A stretch of 64,000 bases of DNA, from contig CATNEN010000029.1 in NCBI GenBank assembly GCA_950097015.1, positions 5,518,001 through 5,582,000 of the forward strand. The letters are read 5' to 3'. This DNA comes from Macrostomum hystrix. Its lineage: Eukaryota; Animalia; Platyhelminthes. Shown piece by piece: positions 58,706-64,000 of the stretch; the first letter of the stretch is position 1, and each line of letters opens with the position of its first letter. Made by a program: the position numbers and the translations under genes. The notes below the pieces were generated by a model. The model was not told where the DNA came from, ran no database searches, and was given only the letters and a program-made list of their open reading frames with translations.

Positions 58706-59369
58706 GAAGCTAGCAGAGCACGGCTACCGACTCGATTCGGACACTGTTGAGCTAGGTGCCGACTCTGGCGATTGTGGCAAAGTGGCTGCTGCTGCTGCTG
58801 TTGCTGTTGCTTGAACTATATTCTACGAGTTTATTTTTATTTTACGACACCACCTCAGGCTTTTAAAAGGATTTCTCATTGTGCGCAGATAATTTTTTGA
58901 ACTTAAAAAACTACAATTAGATTATCTATTTTAACTTGTTGAAGTAGAGGATCTCGCGACAATGAGAAATTCCACAGCATCAACAATTTTACCTGCATTG
59001 TGGTTAAAGAAATAAATAATTTCCCTATGATTATAATTAGTTCTTAATTTTCAGTTTTTATCTCTCCTTCTCTCTCTCTACTGCCATTGCCAAGAAAACA
59101 TTTCTTGGCAACTGGTTGGACGAGTTTAATAAATGTAATAATATTATTTCTTTTATTAACTAATTTCCCTTGCTAATTCAACACGTGACTCCTTTTGTAA
59201 ATAAACAAATCACTTTTGAAATGCTTCGGGACTGCGCGTCTGTCTGATTCTTAATGTGAAGCGAACGAGTACCTTAAAAATAAACAATGGGCATTATTAC
59301 ATTTTCTACTTCAATTTTTTCTGGTCATCTACCCCTGATGTCGTTACCAAAGGCACAGTTGCTCAAATC

Positions 59370-59700
59370 AGGCTGTCAAACTCACAGATGCTCAAATCTG
59401 GTTGCCAAACTCACAGATGCTCAAATCCGGTTGCCAAACTCACAGATGCTCAAATCCGGTTGACAGACTCACAGATGCTCAAATCCGGCTGCCAAACTCA
59501 CTGATGCTCAAATCTGGTTGCCAAACTCACAGATGCTCAAATCCGGTTGCCAAACTCACAGATGCTCAAATCCGGTTGCCAAACTCACAGATGCTCAAAT
59601 CCGGTTGCCAAACTCACAGATGCTCAAATCCGGCTGCCAAACTCACAGATGCTCAAATCCGGCTGTCCAAACTCACAGATGCTCAAATCCGGCTGCCAAA
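59370..59700. repeat. Minisatellite, 29 bp CCAAACTCACAGATGCTCAAATCCGGTTG x~11
   Basis: Tandem copies. Confidence 0.95.
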
Positions 59701-59723
59701 CTAGATTTTTGGTACAATTCTTA

Positions 59724-60137
59724 CTATAGTTTAAACTTCGTTTTGCCTGAAAGTGACGCTACTGCAAGGACAATTCCAGATATTTTTTTAGCAACGTATC
59801 CTTCTGAGTTTCTCCGGTTGAGAAGTTGTCCCACCGCATTCAATATAAGAGTGGTTGAGGCATGGGATAAAATCCCAGCGCTCCAACTGGTGCTCGTTCT
59901 CTTTTTCTCCCCCTTTTTGGCCGGGCTAAGCAGATTTGCCTGTACCAATTTTTCCATTTCCAATTTCGCTGCCAACATCTCGTCTCCCTGCCTCCGCGCC
60001 TGCTCACTTCTCCAGCAGGTCTGCAGTTTCTTAAATTGAAGCGAAAGAGATGGGCTGCAGAAATTGGGAAAACATTTTCCTTTTTCCCCTTTCCGCTTCG
60101 CCATCCAGTCTCTCCGCTCTTCCTTTTCGTTCATCAT
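59724..60137 (-). CDS. Possible short hypothetical ORF (137 aa)
   Basis: ATG-initiated open frame with a charged helical N-half. No recognised domain. It overlaps a CR1-tail-like peptide on the + strand. Confidence 0.3.
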   Translation of the reverse strand: MMNEKEERRDWMAKRKGEKGKCFPNFCSPSLSLQFKKLQTCWRSEQARRQGDEMLAAKLEMEKLVQANLLSPAKKGEKKRTSTSWSAGILSHASTTLILNAVGQLLNRRNSEGYVAKKISGIVLAVASLSGKTKFKL

Positions 60138-60241
60138 GTTATCAACTCGGATTTTCTAAGTTTTTCCCTAGCAACTGCTTGACTATACTCGCGCGTATTA
60201 TTTTTTTCCATGTTCAATGACGGGGTTTTGAAGCTTCCTTA

Positions 60242-60632
60242 ATAATAATAATAATAATAATATTAATAATAATAATAATAATTGCAGGAGGGCTGCGGAC
60301 GATGGCACATCATTTGGTGACACTAGACCCGCAGCCAGCGAGGAGGCAATTCTGCCCATTTCGCTGACTCCTGAGCACACACGCACACAGATACTGTACG
60401 CAGGCACACGCTCACACAGGTGTGTACATCTGCCCTGACTTTCTCATTGTCAGGCAGTGTACATTTCACTGTGCCTTGGAGGTTGGCCTTCAAGGGTGTA
60501 AATTGCACGACAAGCCCCCAAGCCTTCTCTCCGCGGCTGCGCCTCAAATGAATGTGGTCTCGCCGTGGAATCGAACTTAGGGACCTTGTTGCGAAAGGCA
60601 AATGAGAAAACCGCTCTGCCACCGACCCCCCA
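60242..60632 (-). mobile_element. SINE family A, full length, with 14-bp TSD
   Basis: tRNA-like head GGGGTCGGTGGCAGAGCGG...GTTCGATTCC and (AAT)n tail. TSD TTGAAGCTTCCTTA at 60228-60241 and 60633-60646. Confidence 0.9.
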
Positions 60633-61227
60633 TTGAAGCTTCCTTAGTTGTTGCTTCCTGGCTGTGACATTTGTGTTCTACCCGGTTATCTATTTGAATA
60701 TTGAGACATTTCGGATTAGTAGACCGAAAATAATGCATTGACGTCATCTGATTGCATGGGTGTTTGTCTGTTTGAAACAAGGGCGTTGTCCTCGCGTAAG
60801 AGGTGCCCGGAGACACCCTAGCAACAGGCTGCTAAATCGATATCGATTGTTGATTGTCGATTGAAGGCAGGAGTCAAACGCGATACCCACTGAACCGCAA
60901 GATCGCCTCTCGATCGATCGACCGAAAATATAAGCCCAGTTCGTTCGGGTATTCTACTATTTTAGTCCCATGGTTATAGACAACATTTAGCTTCATCTGC
61001 TTAGTGCACACACGAATTTCGTGATTCCAGCTCTGTTGTCATCATTTTTTCATTTTCAGCTTGTCAAATTGGTCCACGCGATTGAGTTAATTAAAGACTC
61101 AATTAGCGACTCAATTAGTGTACGGAAGTGCGAATCAGGACTGGGAAATGTGCTGTTAAACTTACAACATTATTGTCTGCGACTTAGACAGAATAATTAG
61201 AGTTATAAATAATAATGACAGTCACTA

Positions 61228-61768
61228 TCTCCCAACCAGTCCCTATCTGTTCTCCCAACCAGTCCCTATCTGTTCTCCCAACCAGTCCCTATCTGTTCTC
61301 CCAACTAGTCCCTATCTGTTCTCCCAACCAGTCCCTATCTGTTCTCCCAACCAGTCCCTATCTGTTCTCCCAACCAGTCCTATCTGTTCTCCCAACCAGT
61401 CCCTATCTGTTCTCCCAACCAGTCCCTATCTGTTCTCTCAACCAGTCCCTATCTGTTCTCTCAACCAGTCCCTATCTGTTCTCCCAACCAGTCCCTATCT
61501 GTTCTCTCAACCAGTCCCTATCTTTTCTCCCAACCAGTCCCTATCTGTTCTCCCAACCAGTCCCTATCTGTTCTCCCAACCAGTCCCTATCTGTTCTCCC
61601 AACCAGTCCCTATCTGTTCTCCCAACCAGTCCCTATCTGTTCTCCCAACCAGTCCCTATCTGTTCTCCCAACCAGTCCCTATCTGTTCTCCCAACCAGTC
61701 CCTATCTGTTCTCCTAACCAGTCCCTATCTTTTCTCCCAACCAATCCCTATCTGTTCTCCAATAATCC
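61228..61768. repeat. Minisatellite, 23 bp CCAACCAGTCCCTATCTGTTCTC x~23
   Basis: Tandem copies. Confidence 0.97.
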
Positions 61769-62267
61769 TTCCTAGCTTTTCTCATGTTAATCCCTTCGTG
61801 TTATCCCACAGTGCCTTCTTGTTCTCCTAATTAATCCTTCCTGTTCCCGTTTGCCTTCCTATCTCATCGTCGAATCCCCGAAGCGAGCAAGATGAACTTG
61901 TAGATCAGGATTTGTTTATTTTTAAGTCTCCACTGCCAGACGGACGAGAACCTGATGTCTGCGGCCCGCGAAACCAGCGAGAGTTGGAGGTTAACAAAGT
62001 TGAGTAAAGGCGTTTCTCTGCTCAGCATCTGACGCGAGTAAAATGAATTCATTAGCGGCCGAATAACTATTTTCACCACCCAGCGGATTGTCAAACCTTA
62101 AAAAACGTATAAAGAAGCCTTATGAGAGATTTGGGATTCTTCCTTGTCACTCTGGTGGGAATATCGGGCCGGGCACTGGGATAGGAGGTCCGAAATGAGA
62201 TTACAATTGCTCTTGCTACTGCTCGGTAACCGCACACACAGAGAGTGAATGAGGGAAGACGCATGAG

Positions 62268-62305
62268 CCAATAGCAGCAGCTGGTGCCGGATCCGGCCAT
62301 ATAAA
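62268..62305 (+). promoter_or_regulatory. CCAAT box plus TATA box upstream of GPCR
   Basis: CCAAT at 62268-62272 and TATAAA at 62300-62305, about 70 nt before ATG 62373. Confidence 0.5.
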
Positions 62306-62372
62306 CTCCCAAGAGTCGCTGATACAAGCGCACAGCCGGAGCAAGCACAGTGATTACTATAGCCCAGACTGC

Positions 62373-62747
62373 ATGGCTTTGAATGCGTTCAAGCAGCCTC
62401 TGCCGCTGCTGAGCAACCAGACCCTCTCGGACATTGGCCAAGAGGATTCGTTTCACATGTTCAAGAAGTACTTCATGTCCTGGTTCATGCCCATGCTGCT
62501 AGGCATTGGCTTCTGTGGCACCTCAATTAACCTGTACATCATAGTGAAGTGTCGGGTGTTTCAGAAGACCACCTCGATTCTGTTCTCTGCACTGGCTATA
62601 GCTGACATCGTCAACCTTGTGTTCGCAGCCACATACCTGTACGTGTCCGTGTACTGGGATTACGATCCCATGCGCTACTCCGCCGCCGGTTGCTACCTGG
62701 TGCCTTACCTGGAGGCCATCGGCTACTGGCTATCGCCATGGATTCAG
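62373..62747 (+). CDS. Rhodopsin-family peptide GPCR, first coding exon (TM1-TM3); remainder not found in window
   Basis: N-glycosylation site NQT, TM1 GIGFCGTSINLYII, TM2 LAIADIVNL, extracellular Cys before TM3 and SPWIQ. Candidate donor GTAGCA at 62748. Confidence 0.8.
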
Positions 62748-62789
62748 GTAGCACTTTGGCTGCGGGACTGAAGCCTGAGAGATTCTTCT

Positions 62790-63250
62790 CTGTACAGCTT
62801 GTTGACATGGGGTGTACAGCTTGTTGAAATTGGGGTGTACAGCTTTTTGACATGGGTTGTACAACTAGTTGAAATAGGGTGTACAGCTAGTTGACATATG
62901 GTGTACAGTTTGTTGAAATACGGTGTACAGCTTGTTGACATGGGGTGTTCAACTAGTTGAAATGGGGTGTACAGCTGGTTGAAATACGGTGTACAGCTTG
63001 TTGACATGGGGTGTACAACTAGTTGAAATGGGGTGTACAGCTAGTTGACATATGGTGTACAGCTTGTTGAAATGGGGTGTACAGCTTGTTGACATGGGGT
63101 GTACAGTTTGTTGACATGGGGTGTACAGCTTGTTGACATGGGGTGTACAGCTTGTTGACATGGGGTGTACAGCTTGTTGACATGGGGTGTACAGCTTGTT
63201 GACATGGGGTGTACAGCTTGTTGACATGGGGTGTACAGCTTGTTGACATA
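62790..63250. repeat. Minisatellite, 22 bp GTACAGCTTGTTGACATGGGGT x~21, after GPCR exon
   Basis: Tandem copies. Confidence 0.95.
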
Positions 63251-64000
63251 GGGTTTAAACGGTTTCTAAACTGGGTTTACATGCAGTTACTATAAAGGGT
63301 GTACACTATACTGTCTCTTTGTGCTTCCACTAGCTGTATAGTTTTGTATAGATTTTGTTTTAGATATTCTGCTGTGTATGCCAGACTATGACTATGTTAG
63401 CTTTGCCACAATATCCTCTCGGATATGTCTCCAGTGTTAATTTTCTAGCTTAAGATTCTCAGTCACGATCGCAGTTTCGAAAGTGAAATCTGTGCATGCG
63501 GCTATCGCAGCTCAGAAGTCTCAGATAATGAGCGATAGTGTGCTCATTCTATTCAGCCAGTAACACCTGGAAAGAACTCTAACGGTCTGGGGCGCCCGGT
63601 TTCTGAAGGTCTTGCCGTGCAAACGTAGAACAGAATGTTTGAATGCAGACGGAATGCAGACTGGGTAAAGATAACGCTGTTATCTTTGACACTTGAAAAC
63701 TCAAGTTTATTTACCTTGAAGAAGGTTAATAAAATAGTTTATTAGGCTAGTTGAAAGTCGGTTGGACTGGCTCAAGGTCACACCATGAGATGTAGATAAG
63801 TTAAGATAGGACTCAGAAAATATTAACAAGAGCGTTTAGCAGCAGACCATTTCAAATACGCACATTTTTCCTGCATCGCCCAAAGTATTCAACCAAACGT
63901 CATAAAAATCCAGATTCACGAAAATCTGTGTTGTTTCTCCCAGGGGAAAAAGCGAGGTCTTCCTCCTGTTTAGAATATTTTGTTGGTAAGTCAAATGGAG

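Overview
This is eukaryotic, intron-rich animal DNA with GC-rich exons, polyQ/polyA/polyG tracts, and AT-rich or minisatellite-filled introns. The style suggests a free-living flatworm such as Macrostomum lignano, but that is an inference. Hand-splicing with phase-consistent junctions gives these genes: a 16-exon MADD/DENN GEF (+, 334-17623); a 2-exon GPI-type Ly6/quiver-like gene (+); a 4-exon COUP-TF/NR2F nuclear receptor (+); an 8-exon SLK/STK10-type STE20 kinase (-); an intronless p62/SQSTM1 (-); a 3-exon RING + NHL-like propeller E3 ligase (-); a 3-exon 115-aa orphan absent from the ORF track (+); an orphan ORF (-); YRDC/Sua5 (+); and the first exon of a peptide-type GPCR (+). About 29 locus-specific minisatellite arrays (12-55 bp units, roughly 24 kb by my estimate) make up about a third of the window. 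There are also two tRNA-headed SINE families and several MITEs. The most notable observations are: (1) 'accordion' introns, i.e. minimal ~50-100 nt introns inflated by tandem amplification of their own internal sequence; (2) a SINE whose target-site duplication copied a 3' splice site of the kinase gene; (3) YRDC, whose conserved C-terminal motif lies in the +1 frame (assembly error, decayed copy, or a t6A-sensing frameshift); (4) a p62 with no recognisable LIR next to a malin-like ligase. No database searches were possible, so family calls rest on recalled motifs.
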